DNA of 64,000 nucleotides from Camelus dromedarius. Its lineage: Eukaryota. The position numbers were made by a program, and so were the translations under genes. Shown piece by piece: positions 12,331 through 26,491 of the stretch. The notes below the pieces were generated by a model. That model did no database searches. It had not been told where the DNA came from and saw nothing but the letters and a program-made list of their open reading frames with translations. Numbering within the stretch: the first letter of the stretch is position 1; the number at the start of each line of letters is the position of its first letter. The stretch covers positions 4,216,001-4,280,000 of the forward strand of contig NC_087448.1 in the NCBI RefSeq assembly GCF_036321535.1. The letters run 5' to 3'.

Positions 12331-15300
12331 ACTAAATTTAAAGTCTTTTATAACAATCATTAATAATACAAGGTAATTTGCTGACTTATTAACTCCTGCT
12401 CATTCTTTATTCTATTGCTGGTTTTCTGCCCATTTCAACTAGTTAGTAAGGATGTCGTGTCTCCTTGTATGTGTGCGTGTACATGTCCATGTGTGTGTGT
12501 GATTTTTAGGGACAGAACAGCAGTTTCCAGGAATTAGAAGCTTTTCCATCCAGGCTGTTTGGGAAAGCCTAGACTCCTGGGGGACCTGGAGATCAGGAGC
12601 AGGGACACGCCAACATGACTTCCTTTGGCCCTTCATGTTCGACTCCCCTACCAGACCTAGCACAGAGCCTTTCATTAAGTAGATTTCAATAAATATATAT
12701 TAAATGTCAAAAAATTTATATGTATATATAAATATATATAAAGCATAGGAGGAGGGAGGCTTGGAACCAGATGCCCAGACTTAGGAGGAAGGGATTTAAG
12801 ATTGGAGGGAGGGCGGTATAGTGGCACAGTTCCTCCCAAACCTGTCTAGAAGCAGCACTGATAACGTCACACCTCAACCCGGCAAGGAAGAGGCCCAGCC
12901 TTGAGGATGGATGCCACAGGATGTGACCCCGAGAGTCAGGGCCTGGGGTCCCTGTCGGGCAGGCCACTGGGTCAGCAGAACTCGCCACCTCAAGACCCAC
13001 ACCCCACTTCATATTCTCCCAGCTCAGAGGGATCCTGGAGAGATTTTTTTTTTGAGTTAGAGAAATAAAGAAATTAAGCTATTTATTATATAATTCTGAT
13101 ACAGGATAATTAAAAATTCAGAGTTAATAGTTCTTTACTTGACAGAAGTTTAAAAAGCCCCACCACATACCTCCCAGCAACTCCGTTAGTTTGTAAGGAT
13201 ACCCTTGAAAGTCAACAAAATGGGGTAGGGATAGTCATGATAGAAATGGTAATGACATTAACACATTTGTTCCCCGCCCCCTAGCCGAAAGGCTCAGATG
13301 AGATGTGTACTTGAAAGTAAACATCTGCACTGTTACCAGAACGGATTAAGACGCTCTGGCGGTGCCACACTCAGATACACGCACAAGGGCTGCGCAGAAT
13401 CCTACTCAGTAGCTTTTTCAGTAGCTCTGAGATGAGTAGAAAAACTGAGAATGATGCCAAACAGTAATGCTGTTTAGTATTAGTCATTAACTGATTCCCA
13501 ACCAGGGGTGACGGAGCCTAGGCAGAGTTTGCAAGTTCGAATCAGAGGAGTCGCAGATTCAAAGCAAAGTGTAACCCATCCCACTTGTAGGGTTTGGATC
13601 TGAAGCCCAGTTTGACCAGGAGACTGTAAAGGAAAGTTCGGTCTGCCTCTCATAGCTTTAAGAGAACTTGCTCTGGATGTCTACCACTCCGGATCTGATA
13701 CTGCAGCCAGAATCTCTGAATCCGCAGACTCAGCCTGTTAATGATGTAACCCAGCTTACTTGGGGTAGGAACTTGTTCTCATAAAGGATAAATAGGTGAC
13801 TATAAATAACCCACAAAGGTTTAGAATCAAGTACATTGGTGACATAAGTCAAATTCACTGTATGAAGACTTTTGCATTGTTTAGAAATAACAATTTATAT
13901 ATTTGATGCTTATCATATTTAAGAGAATTAAGCATCCTTTAAGAGAACCCAAAATATTAGCCTTGCTATTATAATTTTTAGTTATAATTAAGTAATTGAT
14001 TTAGGCTTGTAATTTTAAGTTGAAAGTTAAACGATAATTTGACCAAGTTTTAAAATAATATTAGAACGTGTAAAAGCAACTAAAGTCACCTATTTTCTAT
14101 AATAAATATTAAATTTGTCAATGTGTACTGTATTACACTCTGTCTTTGCACCCATACGGTATAGAAAATAATTGATATTTAAGGATAAAAATTGAAGCAT
14201 TTCTGATATCAAATAGGATTATCTGCATCCTTTCTCTAGGTAATTTTTGCTGCACCCAACATGTTCAATCCCTTTTTTTTAGAGTTTTAGATACAAAAGG
14301 GTTGAGAGATGTCATTTAAACCAATTCTCTAGCTGTATCAATGAAGAAGTAGGGACAGAGAAGTGATTTGCTCAGACAACAAAAGCCATTTAGGTACAAA
14401 ACCAGCAAGAGATTTCATGACCCCACCCCCTCCCCAGCTGAGTGTTTTCTCTGCAGTATCTGCGGCTTGGTGACATTGCCCCCTGGGACACATCACTGAT
14501 AGTATCTTAATCTGAGCAGTAGATGGTTCTTTTTTTTCCAGACAAAGAGGAAGTATTTAAGTTACCCCAATCTCTCCAACTGAGAACATTCCTCTTTCTG
14601 GTTATGAAAATTCTCTCCTTTGTACATAGTAAGAAGGTTAATGCCATGACCAATCTCCACCTGCCTCTTCCCTAAAACCACTGGAAAATCCTATCGACCC
14701 AAACAATGTATTGTTCTGGCCACAACTTGTCCATTATTCAAAAATACTGACTTTCTCAATATCCATTATTCTATGTTCAGTTTCACAACTGTAACAAATA
14801 ACTTATTCCATGTGAATTTTGTGAAGTGCTTAAAACATGGAACATTCCTCCTAGGACCCACTGGAGAAGATCTTATGCTGTAAGAACACTGATTGCTTTA
14901 TTTCTGTTGCAAGCAGAAATCGAGGTCCTGTTCTAAAGTGTTAACATTTCTCCAGGGGTGGATGGAGAACAGCTAATGCAGGGGAAGAAATCTGGCTTGC
15001 TGTTGACAAAGCACTCATAGCCCTTGGAAGAGTGGTATTGTGCAAATGCAAATCTATTATTATATAAAAGCATTCTGAGGATAATATTAGCCATAATTGT
15101 ATTAAATATTAATATTAATGCAAATGGTGGCTAAGAGCTTTAAAGAAGAACCGTAGAAGTCAATACTAAGTGGAGTAAAGGTATGCAACGTTCATGTATT
15201 TCTAACTATGCATACCATGCAAACCCGACAAACTGAGGACTAATTATGAATTGTCAGAAGTCATGCTGTTCATCTTTAACTCTTTCAGCTCAAAAAAAAT

Positions 15301-15444
15301 TTTAAAAAGGTTGTCAAACATTTTTCAGTCGGCATTGGAAATTGGATTTAAACCCAATTTGCTTTATTTCCATAGGTGATTTTTTTTTCTGGCAACTTGG
15401 CTAGGCTGAAATACAGTTCTCAGTTTTTCAGTCAAACAGGAATC

Positions 15445-15785
15445 TAGTTGTGGATGTGATCAGAATCCCTAATCAGCTGACTTTAAATTAATCAAAGGGA
15501 GATTATCCTAGGTGGGCCTGACCATATCAGGTGAGCCCCTTAAAGGTGGCCTTGCGGCTTCACTGGGCCTGAAGACTCCATGCTTTTTAGCTCATACTTG
15601 TGGGGTAACAGTCCGCTCAACATCCTCCCTTTCTGACTCCTGACTTAGGGACTTCAGGCTTCCTTAGACAGCTCCCACAATGGGGCAGGCCAGTTCTTTG
15701 CAATGAATGGAAATATCTGTCTATTCCACATTCCCTTTCTCTCTCCTGTTGGCTCTGCTTCCCTGATTGAACCCTAACTAATACA
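15445..15785 (+). mobile_element. MLT2 (ERVL) solo LTR, 5'-truncated
   Basis: gatgtgat...aatcagctgacttt...gggagattatcctaggtgggcctgacc, with a typical 3' end gctctgcttccctgattgaaccctaactaataCA. Confidence 0.75.
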
Positions 15786-16529
15786 CTATATTTTTCAGGA
15801 AACATGTATGTGGGTTGTTAGATTTTCAAGGTTAGAAGAATGTATTCTAAAAAATATACTTTGACTTTGCAGCCATAACACATCAAGGAAAATAGTCATT
15901 TGATTTTGCTACCATTGCAGATGACATAATCTGCCAATGATTCTGAAGGACATCACTACTTAAGATGGACGAGCTTTTCAAATGTTTTTCGATTGGATTT
16001 CAAATGAAATTCCAAGCATAATGAATTATTGGATCCTAAAAATAAAAGCTTCAATGCTTTGGTTTAAAGCAAAAAATCCAACTAGTATGGATAAAAAAAA
16101 TGACTCCCAACACCTTGGATTCTTAATGCCTTATTTCCTCCATCCATTACATGATCATCACACGTGAGCACACGCACATAAACACACAGCCCAGCAGAGC
16201 AAAGCAAAATGTAAGATTGGGGCCACCTCTCAGCAAGCCTGAGGAATACTGAAATTTTCAAAATAAATTATAATTTAGTTCAAAGATGAATAAAATACTT
16301 AAAAGTCATTTCACTGGGTTGTAATGGTTACCTTCTCCATTTCTCCTGAGCAGCTCTTGGTATCTTGGTAGACGTCATACATGTGTTATTAACTCCCTTT
16401 TAAGAAGTGAAAAACCCAAATATTTTAAGTGATATGTCAAAAAGCAGTTAAATTCATTATGCCTTCTAACTTCATTCTTAGTTAAAACTCCCCAAACAAT
16501 AATATCTTGAAATTAAAAGGCATTGGGAA

Positions 16530-16920
16530 AGGCAAATTATAACAAAATGGAATATTATACAGCCATTGAAAATTATGTTATGAAATAATTAGAACAATGG
16601 GAAAAACTGATATATAATCAATAAAAGTANNNNNNNNNNNNNNNNNNNNNNNNNNNNNNNNNNNNNNNNNNNNNNNNNNNNNNNNNNNNNNNNNNNNNNN
16701 NNNNNNNNNNNNNNNNNNNNNNNNNNNNNNNNNNNNNNNNNNNNNNNNNNNNNNNNNNATATAAGAAAAAATACTTTGGAATATGTCGACAAATCCAAAA
16801 CAATATTTATCTCTAGGTTGTGGAGTTATTAGGGATTTTCTTCTAAATTTCTACAGCTGTTATGTATTATTTGTACACTTAAAATTACTGGTGAAGAATG
16901 AAATCCATTGCTTTAATAAT
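16530..16920 (+). mobile_element. Old L1 (L1ME-type) 3' fragment spanning an assembly gap
   Basis: aatggaatattatacagccattgaaaa and atatttatctctaggttgtggagttattagg are L1ME 3' motifs. Confidence 0.55.
16630..16758. other. Assembly gap (129 N)
   Basis: Run of N. Confidence 1.
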
Positions 16921-18779
16921 TTCTCATCTGTTAAACACCAGCAATGTTTTGATACTGAAGTAGCGGGGTGCTCCCCGGGGACACGCACTGCACCAACCAC
17001 GGGAACTGGAACCGCACACGTTCTGTAAGAAGCCCCCGGGGACCCACATGCACGTGGCTCCTGCTGCGGGTCAGAACAGGCCGGTGCTTGACTCTAGATT
17101 GTGTGCTGACCGTGCAGGTTGCCTCCAGATTGGCTTCTGATGCCTTCAGTCTTTTTGTGATTTAGGTGCATCAATACACCCTGATTTCATAAGAAGAGCC
17201 AAGACTATATAAAGTCTCGGTAATATGCACATCCCCCCCCCACAATAAAAAGGTGCGAAGATTCCACAGACTCAAGAACTTTGCTTTATGTTTGCAGACC
17301 CAGTTTAAATTCATCATTTTAGCCTGCCTGCTCCCCACACACCCCTGTTCTCACAGTTGGATTATCTGCACGTTCTCAAACAGGTCCCAGCATTCTCCTC
17401 CATATATTTACTTTTCCCCCTTGGGGACCATGGTTCCCTCCATAAGGGGGCCTCAGTCTCTCCTCTGAAGCTCTCATTTGCCAAAATTGTCTTTCTAATT
17501 CGAGATGAACAGATGGACAGAAAGTATAAGAGAGTTCAAAATGAGAAATACGTAAACCAAATTTTCAAAAACTGGCAAATGACCCCCGTAATTTATGTAT
17601 AAGAACAGTCTCCCTCCTTTGCTCCCACATTTATGTTCCTGACATGTAGAGAGGTGGGGAGAAGGTCAGTGACTTCCAACATTCTCTGCTCCGGGCTGTA
17701 TTTCAGACCAGATTCTCTCTTTAGGTCCTCAGCTTATGAAACATGTAGCTCTGTCAGCACTTAAAAAAAAAAAATCATAGAGACTAATGTTCCAGCCCAC
17801 TGGCTCACCTGGAGAAAATATTTGGGAGTGCATGCATGGCTCCGTGGAGAATCATTCAGATCTGGATGAAGAGGAAATAAATTCTCCTTTCACCAAAACC
17901 TCTGAAAGGCTTTCCTCTGCTTATTGAGAACAAATCAAGGTGATACATCCAGATCAGATGACCGAAGGTATAACTTCTTCAAAGTCAGATTCATCATATT
18001 GAGTGTAGCTTGAAATCTAGCATAATGAAAGAGAAAACGGCCCAACTGATGAAGAGTAGTTTTAATAATAACAAAGGCCTGATCATCTATGTTATAAACA
18101 TATAATTATCATGTATCAAGGAAATAGAGGGTTTGAAGGAATATTGAAAAAATCAAACGATGGTGTTAACAACAAGAAGAAGAAATAACTTGGAAGTTCT
18201 GTAACTTGGGTTTAAAGCCACATGCACAAACTGGACTATTTCTTAAGTTTTAAATGAAACTGGGGCTGTTCCAGTTCCCGTCAGGATGACAAATCCATGG
18301 GGAGCTGCCAGCTCTCTCTCCAGGGCTTCACCCTGGAGATCCACACACAGGAGAAGCAGCTAATGGATGAGAGAAACTGACATGAAAGCCACGACATCCC
18401 TGGGAAGAGAAAAGGTGGTTGTTTCCTGGGGAATGTGGGACAATGACGGCCCAGAACACAAGGTGCCAGGAGTGTGAACCGGGATAGGGTGACAGAGAGC
18501 GTTTTCTTTGCAATCTTTTCTTTTCTAGTCATAATCCAGGGCAGATGGCTGCTGCCCGTCGAGCTAAAGCTTCCACAGGGAAGAGCAGTCACCACCACCA
18601 CAGACTAAGAGTAAGGAGTAAGGCAGGCATCAGACTTCTCATCAGCAAGGCAGCGTGCCGGGACACAATGGGGTCATCATCCCCAATGCTGGTAATAATG
18701 CTGAAGCATCAGTTTTCCCAGTTAATTATACCCTCAGTCTTACACATCCACAGAAGTTCTGGTAGACAAGACTCTCTTA

Positions 18780-21330
18780 AAAGAAACAACTCAGAGATAA
18801 GAAAAAGAAGGTTCGATGAAATGTATATACTCATAAATGAGTAAAAGTAAATAACTTACTGTTGTTTGTTGTTTTGAAAAAATGCAAAAACTGACATTCT
18901 GGGGGGGTGAAATTGAAGAAAACACATGGCTTGGTTTGTTTTTTGAATGTGTTCAGTTCTGTTTTGTTTAGCGATGAAGATATAGATATTTATAAGCGTA
19001 AAAAAATCAATGGAAAAAATATAAATAATTATGGGCCAATTAAAATTTTCTTAATATTTAAAATTAGGGGTACTCACCATAAGCATAAGATAAAATGTAT
19101 GATTTTTAATGTAAAAGAAGGAACTATTGATCTATTTTAAAAAAACAGAAAAGAAGAAAATTTAAAATATGTAGTTCAAAAAACACATAAAATAACGTCA
19201 CAATAAATTTGACTACGGAAATATGTAAATTCAATGATCAAGGCATTCTCAGACTTGTAATCTTCAAATGAAACAGATTAAGCCAAATGCTGTTTCCAAG
19301 AGACACCGTTAAAACCACAGGATCCAAGAAGTTTGTAAATTAAGGGACTGAGAAAGATACAGCAGACAAATGTAAGCCAAAAGAAAGCCACGTTACTGAT
19401 TTTAATATCACACAGAATAAAAATTCAAGGTAAAAATTCTGTAACTGACTTTATGCCAATAAAATAACAGTAGGTCTTAGAATTTTTTATCATAAACGTT
19501 TACTGACCTAACAGTACTGCTCACAATATATAAAGGGCCAACTAACAAAACCACAAAAAGAATGAAAGAATTTGAAAAATTAGTCAGTCCTGCTCATAGG
19601 GAAAGGAAGGTAAATTAAAATTCCTCGGGATACTGACATTATTTATAAACCCAGTAAAAACCCATATATTTGACAACATATTCTGTTGGTGAGGCCGTGG
19701 GGAGATATGGTCTCATGTACTGTTGGTGGCAATGCAAAGTCAGTCAATACTTTAGGAGAGGAATTTGGCTATACTTAGAAAAGTTCTATCTGAATTAACT
19801 CTTTGACCCAGCAGTCCTACCTCTTAAAATCTATCTCAAAGATATAGGGACAAAGATACAAAATGAAATTTACACGAGGTACTTTTTTCAGCATTTATTT
19901 CTAAAAAAAGCAAGAGATGAGAAGCAACCCAGACGACCATCCGGAGGAGACTGGCCGGAAGACCGATGCATCGGGAAGCTGGGGTGCACGCCACTGGCGG
20001 TAAAGGCTGCAGGGAAAGTCTGCAGCCCGACATGGAGCTCTAGGCTATTTTGTTAAAAAATAAAAATAAAAATAAAAAAGGAGAAGCAGCAGCAAAGAGA
20101 TAACAGTGGTTACTTTACTCAAACTCTTGAGTAAAGAAAGGGGAGGGAAATTTTTTTTTGAAAGAAACAGTATAAAGATAAAAATAAATTAGTTACTCAA
20201 AAGAGAAGGAGAGAAGTACATTTTCTGAGCAAATGAAACAGGTAAGTTAACAATCTTGTGATATTAAATTTGAATTGGCATTATCAGGACAGTTTTGTGC
20301 TGCATTTTGGTTTTAAAAACCATCCTTATTTTGCAGACTAGAAGCAACGAGCTTAAAGGCACTTACAGCACCTAATCTGTGGTCTCCAAAAACAATTTCC
20401 ATTAAAGCCTGGGCACACAGAGACACAGCTGATGCCAGGTCTGAAGTAGGAAGTTCATAAAGTCTTTCTGGCATAAACTTCTTGTTCTACCAGCAAGTAA
20501 GGAAGTTATCAAAGACTAACAGCATCCTATTAAAAGGACACAGGAACTCACCTAAAGGTGCACCCATTGGCCTCACTGGGGGGAGGGAGTAGATTTAAGC
20601 ATAAAAAAGAATAACTATATCAAATAAATAAATAAGTGGAAACACTTCAAGCATACAAAAGCTCATGGGGTTCTTGATATTAAAATACACACACTGGTCA
20701 CCACTGGAGTTGCTAAGACACCAACCCAGGATTGTGGAAACTGATAAAGACAAGAAAATCAAACACTCATCCTGAATTTCTTTTATCAACCCTATTTCAG
20801 GGTAAGAAAGTGATTGCTGAGGAATAGTTCTTCTTTATGGAAGAATTACAGCTAATACATGCAGAAAGAATAAAAGATTATAAAATCACTGTTTTGCCAT
20901 TTCTAATGAAATAATAAATTTAGGCAACAATGACCCAAGACCTCTGACTTTAAACTTAGTAAATTAGACGTCAGTAACAAAAAAGAACTAACCAAAATCC
21001 CAGATATCCAGAAAATAGATAGATGATTACTAACTGAGTGTGGGGTTAAAGAGTAAAATTACCTGGGGGAATGATGGAATATTTAAACTGAACAATAAAA
21101 TACTAAATGCCAAAATGTGTTCAACACAGCTAAAACAGCATGTAGCTTATGATGAATTACTTGGTGAACAAGAAAGTTGGTGAATAAATGAAGTGAGCAT
21201 TTAACTTAAAAAGTTGAAAAAAGAGCAAGAGGATAAACTCAAAGAAACAAGATGAAAAGAAATAGTGTAGATATGAAAATAAATCAATGAAATAGAGAAT
21301 TACAACAAAATCAAGAATGATAATGAATTA
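18780..21330 (+). mobile_element. Composite decayed LINE-1 (ORF2 endonuclease and linker fragments separated by L1 3'-end sequence)
   Basis: 19288 onward translates CCFQETPLKPQDPRSL*IKGLRKIQQTNVSQKKATLLILIS (L1 EN: CCLQETH...KGW.KI.QAN..QKKAGVAIL.S). 21184 onward translates INEVSI*LKKLKKEQEDKLKETR*KEI (L1 ORF2 linker). 19650-20940 has L1ME/L1MC 3'-type sequence. Confidence 0.8.
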
Positions 21331-21511
21331 AGGAACATAAATCACTCAACTTTCTGCACTTGAAGTCTAAATAAAAAACAAATGCACACGCCAAGTAGAC
21401 AAACTATGTAAAGAAATAAAGTTTAGACCTGGAGATGACCTCCAGATATAATATAGCTAGGAAGTACCCTTCCAATTCTTGTTTTTAACAGTTTCCAGCT
21501 CCTTTCAAATC

Positions 21512-21957
21512 CAGGCATACCTCAGAGATATTGCAGGTTTGGTTTCAAACCACTGCAATAATAAAGCGCATTTTGCAATAAAGCAAGTCGCACGAATGTT
21601 TTGGCTTCCCAGTGCATATGAAGTTATGTTTATTCTATCCTGTAGTCTATCAAGTGTGCAATGGCATGATGTCTATAAAACAGTCTGAATACCTTAATTA
21701 AAAATGCTTTATTGTTAAAAAAAATACTAACCATCACCTGAGACTTCAACAAGTCATAAGCTTTTTGCTGGTGGAGGGTTTGAAATATTGCAAGAATTAC
21801 CAGAATGTGATACAGAGACACGACGCGAGCAAATGCCGCTGGCAAAGTGAGCCTGGTAGACTTGCCAGAGGCGGGGCTGCCATGAACCTTCAACTTGTGA
21901 AAAAGTCAATATCCACAAGCACAATAAAGCAACTTGCAGCAAAACGTGGTGTGACTG
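21512..21957 (-). mobile_element. Tigger1-derived internally deleted element (Tigger1a-like, TcMar-Tigger)
   Basis: Begins caggcatacctcagagatattgcaggtttggtt and ends aaaacgtggtgtgactg (degenerate GAGGTATGCCTG inverted terminus); ~445 bp. Confidence 0.85.
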
Positions 21958-21964
21958 TGTAGTG

Positions 21965-22618
21965 AATGCTGTGAGTTAGAGGAACTGAAAAGTCGGAAAA
22001 AACTGTCCCACAGACTGCCCTCACTTCAGGTATCAGCTGCAGGTTCTGGGACCACCTCCACTTCAGACCAGCTGACTACAAACTGGAGGGTCTTCGTATC
22101 CACTCTGAGGTTCAGCGCTTCATTGGAAGGACTCACAGACCTCAATGAAGGCTCTTATACTCACGGTCACATTTATTACAGGCAGACACAAATGAGAACC
22201 AGGCAAAGAAAAGGATGCCTAAGGTGGAGTCAGGATGCATCGACATCCCGGCGTCCATGTGGATGAGGGCACAGGTGTCACCACCCGGGGAAGCTCACCC
22301 AGAGCTGTGGCGTCCAGGGGTTCCACCAGGGCGCAACCACATCCTGCCTGTGCCGCTGACCTATATTCTCCAGCCTGTCCTGGAGGTTTGAACTTAATAC
22401 CTTTTTTCTCTGATGTCTCCAGAGGTTGAAATTAACACTGAATACACCCCGCCAAACCCCCACCATAAGTCAAATTGTTAGACTATCCAGTGGTCAAAAT
22501 CCCAGGCAAACAAAGACACTCCATCAAGGCAGGGCGTTCCAGGAGGCTGGAGATCACCTCCCAGCAGCCAGGGGCAAAGGCCAGACCCCTCCTTAGGGAT
22601 AGTTCATTCTTCACTACA
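21965..22618 (-). mobile_element. MER21-type LTR
   Basis: The right end reads TGtagtgaagaatgaactatccctaaggaggggtctggcctttgcccctggctgctgggaggtgatctcc on the minus strand, matching the MER21 5' end. Confidence 0.75.
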
Positions 22619-24647
22619 CACTGAATACAAATTTGGGGGAGTCAGACAGAGAATCCATTTTTTAAAAGCCTTCTGGGTAATCCTGATAAACCAGATTTGG
22701 AAACTGATGATGTAGCTTAAAATTGTAGGGCGAAAAAAACTTTATTTGTAGATGAAAAATCTGAAGACCCAAGAAATGAAATGCGTCATTGTGGTGATAA
22801 TCACACAGACAGTAAAAAGGGAGCCACGTCTAGAACTTGGGGAACGTGACTGAGCTGTCGGGGCCTGGGTTACTACAGGCACCCTCTCACCAGCCCTCAG
22901 GCATTGTCTGCCGAATGAGCCTGCTTTGCCTACGTACCTATAAACATGTTCTCATGTTGTTGCCATTAACAAACTGAATTCCTGGAAAAGCACTGTGGAG
23001 CTCTTCACAGCCTTGTAATTCAGAAAGTGGTAAAGGAGATTTCAAGCCATGCTCTGCAGAGAGGACTCAGGAATGACTCACTCAGTACCATTTAGCCATT
23101 ACACAGACAAACTCAACCCTGCCCTTACCAATCCCTCGGTGCCAAATTTAATTTCCCTAAAGTCAAGTCTTAGCAAATGTGGCAGGGCTACTGCCAATTT
23201 GATAAAACAAAATGGAAAGAAATTCCTGTGGTCCAACTGCTTTTTAAATAATTTATCATTCACTCAGCTTCACCTGTGTTTCACGTGTGCATGAATCCCA
23301 TACACTCATCTGCAATGCAGAGAGATCATCGTCTCTACTCAACCATCCGCTACCTATCCTTGCTGTTTTCAGTTGTGCCTCACAGTAGTACTCGGTGTCG
23401 CTGAAATATGAGAATCAGATAAGAACCTATTTCTTATTCTTGCTTTTTCGTGTTACTTAGCCTTGCTGCATAAATGTTATTTTTCCCTTTAATAATTTAA
23501 GTAAGTCATTCTACTCAGAATTGATTACTAATGGATGACACTTCTGTGATTGCTGACCTGGAATTAATGATATAGATATAACCTGTGCCAAACCAATTGT
23601 TCCCCAGAAAGTAGGTAAACAGAATCTAAATGACACTCAACTGATAAACAGTCGCTGTGGAAGGATGAGTTGAATTCCAATCTTAGTAAATCTAACCCCC
23701 GTCCCATTCACCAAGCTGGTGATGCTCCTCATTATCCGTGCTCTCTGCTCTCAGTCACGAGACGTTCCAAGGGCTTGTACAGTCCAAACATTCTGGGAGG
23801 GTCCTCTGGTCATCTGTTGAGCCTGGTCACTGAGGGGCTCATTGTCCAGTGCAGCAGGATTCCTTGGTGGTTGCTTGGGGCCAATCCTGAGCTCTGGGTG
23901 TTTGGCCAAGGCTCGGTGGTAGGGGCATCCTCTTGAGATGCCCAAGACATCGATTCTCTTCCAGATCTTCCCCCTTCCCTACATCCTACATGGGAGGGGA
24001 GGGGTGGTCCAAGCGAGCTCACCCTTCTGGTCCTGCACATCTCTCATCTGCCTTTGTGTTCATTGTCCTCCATGTGAGGACAGGATCTCCTTCCCCGACC
24101 TGTCTGGCAGAGACCCACATCATCCTCTCCACACCCTTAAGTTTTAGAATATAAACCTAGGATCAAGGCGTCCTCAGGTGACTTCTGCTTCAGCTTCCAT
24201 AACAGAAACACTGGATGAGGCTTGTTCATTGGAGGTGGGAAAATCACAGAGAAACAGTGCAAATTAATATCTTATTAAGTCACCACGTGACACATCAGTG
24301 CACAAGAAAAGGATGGTTTGCTATGGTCTTGTGAAGTGACAGTAGCAGAAAGAATTTGGAAACAAAATGAGGGGAAAGCTTCTGGTTGGTGTGTCTACCT
24401 GGAGAATGGATCGGTCCGGATCCTCAGTCCACAGATCATTTTGCATCACTTTCTTTTATTCTTTGATAGAGAAAGGTTGAAGATGTTTGCCTACAGCCAC
24501 TGATTTCAACGTGCTTGGTGTACGTGTTGAGAGAATATTCACAATAGCTACAGGGATTGAACAAGTACAAATTATTAGTTGAGGTTATGAAACTTTTGCT
24601 AAAAATGTAGCATGGCTACATAGAAGGAACCAGTGTGCTCTTCTCTT

Positions 24648-24655
24648 TGACGTCA
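24648..24655. promoter_or_regulatory. Full palindromic CRE (TGACGTCA) in a repeat-free segment
   Basis: tttTGACGTCAtaggaaaccg; the central CpG is retained. Confidence 0.4.
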
Positions 24656-24755
24656 TAGGAAACCGTAACGATCCTGTGTGCTGGGCCGATATTTATAAAT
24701 GCCTGTCATTTAGATCATTTGTCATCATGCTGGCTAAACTGTCCTCAAACTTTTA

Positions 24756-25074
24756 AGGGTCAGCACATCGTACCTCAGGGAACAAATCTGGCCCATCACC
24801 AGGGCTAAAGGTTTTTACAGTTTTTAATTGTTTAAAAAAAAAATTTAAAGCAAGAAAAATATTTCGTGATGTGAACATTTATGGAATTCAAATTCTGACG
24901 TACATGAATAAATTTTTGTAGGAGTGCAAGCCATGCACAGTGATTTATATAGTGTCTATAACCTTTTTCCTGTTACAATGACAGAGTTGAGTAGTTGTAG
25001 CAGAGAAAGTGTGATCCACAAAGCCTAAAATACTCACTGTCTCGTCCTTTACAGAAAAGGATCGCCTGCTCCTG
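24756..25074. mobile_element. MER58B-like hAT-Charlie MITE
   Basis: agggtcagca...aaatctggccc...gagttgagtagttgtagcagaga...ccacaaagcctaaaatactcactgtctcgtcctttacagaaaa...cctg. Confidence 0.8.
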
Positions 25075-25125
25075 CGTTAGCACGTGCTCGTGCATGGGGG
25101 CAGGAAGGGGAGGTTTTTTTAAAAA

Positions 25126-25253
25126 AATGCATGTTCCCTGGTTCCATTGCAGGGGTTCTGGCTGCGTAAATCTGTGTTGAAGACCAGGAATCTGAATTTT
25201 TAATAAGCATCCTGGTGATACTGTAGTAATAAGCCCTATACACTGTGAGAAAC
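25126..25253. mobile_element. MER5A-like MITE fragment
   Basis: ccaggaatctgaatttttaataagcatcctggtgat...cactgtgagaaac. Confidence 0.6.
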
Positions 25254-26249
25254 ATTTTAAAATCCGCATGTGAATATATATCATATATACATATATATAT
25301 ATGTATATTTGCCTCCTGGGCAAATAAATATTCCTTCTCTCTCTAGGCTGTTAAGAGGAATAAGTAAATAATAAACTATAAATAGATGTTAAAAATAGGT
25401 AAATATTCCTATTTGCTAAGCCTCGGGACGCCTCTGAACCTCTTTGAAAAATAAACTTACTTCCTACATACACTCGGGGAGAAAAGAAATCATTCTTTTC
25501 AAATAACATTTGTCAGAAATAATAATCCTCTCCTTCCCCAATCTAGCTCAAATTTAAATGTTTGAACAAAAAGAACATACCTAAGAATAAGATGTGAGGG
25601 GAGAGAAGTATTTCCATAACAACGTGTGTAGGGACTAACCCTGCCCAGGAGACAGGCAAGGCAGGAAATGCTGTCTGTAAGGATACAAGACGCTTTCTGT
25701 TTCAAGTCTCAATTTTAAGATACTTTTAGGTTTTCACAATTTTTCTTCTAGGATAAAATTTCTGAGATTATGCCTGTGAATGTGGAGGAGATATATAGTT
25801 ACCAGGAAATGGTTCTTTATCTGTTTCTTAACAGATAATGGGTGATGTGTGTAGAGTACATATTCACCAACGGAAAGGAAAAAGGACTTGAAATGTCAGA
25901 TCTGAAACTCCTAAATTCAACCTGCAAGTAAGTCTCAGTACCTTTACGCTACATTTGGAGAAAGTTCTAATGAAACAAATATGATAAACTTAAAAGACAG
26001 TAATGGATTGTGATTCAATCAGTTGGGTTGCATTTGCCCACTGACGGCCCGTCGCGGTTATTAAGGGCTTCCATCCTAACTCCCTCGGAATGTTTTCATT
26101 GCTTGGTTCTCGGTGCAGAGATTGAGTCGTTATGGAGTGTGGTCTAGTCCAGTTCCTCTCAGGAACCAGCCCTCCCCAGGCTCAGCGTCTGTACAATGGG
26201 AACGTCTGGCCACGAGAAAATGTGTCTGAAGGCTGCTTGCTGGCCTCTC

Positions 26250-26490
26250 ACTCGGCTTCCCTGACCACCGTGCTTGCTGCCTGCTTACCCCTTCACCTCC
26301 ACATGGATCAGCCTCCTCTGGCCCTGTCCTTCCTGTCCCCTCTTGGCTCTATTCTACTCCCCCCTGAAGTCCGACTATTCAGAAGAAGTTCTCATGACAC
26401 CATCCATCTTGGCTGCGCCAGAGCTCCCGCCGATGCCCTTCTCACCAGACACGCCCACGGTGCTTCTCAGCCTCTCAACTCATGCACTTG
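26250..26490 (+). mobile_element. Possible decayed LINE-2 ORF2 fragment
   Basis: Translation LHLHMDQPPLALSFLSPLGS...SHDTIHL resembles the L2 endonuclease segment FNIHMDDP..LASQFL.LLSS...H.GHTLDL. Confidence 0.4.
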
Positions 26491-26491
26491 G

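Noticed and set aside
25278-25305. AT-rich perfect palindrome (similar ones near 12705 and 62281)
   Set aside because: Low-complexity (TA)n sequence is self-complementary by default.
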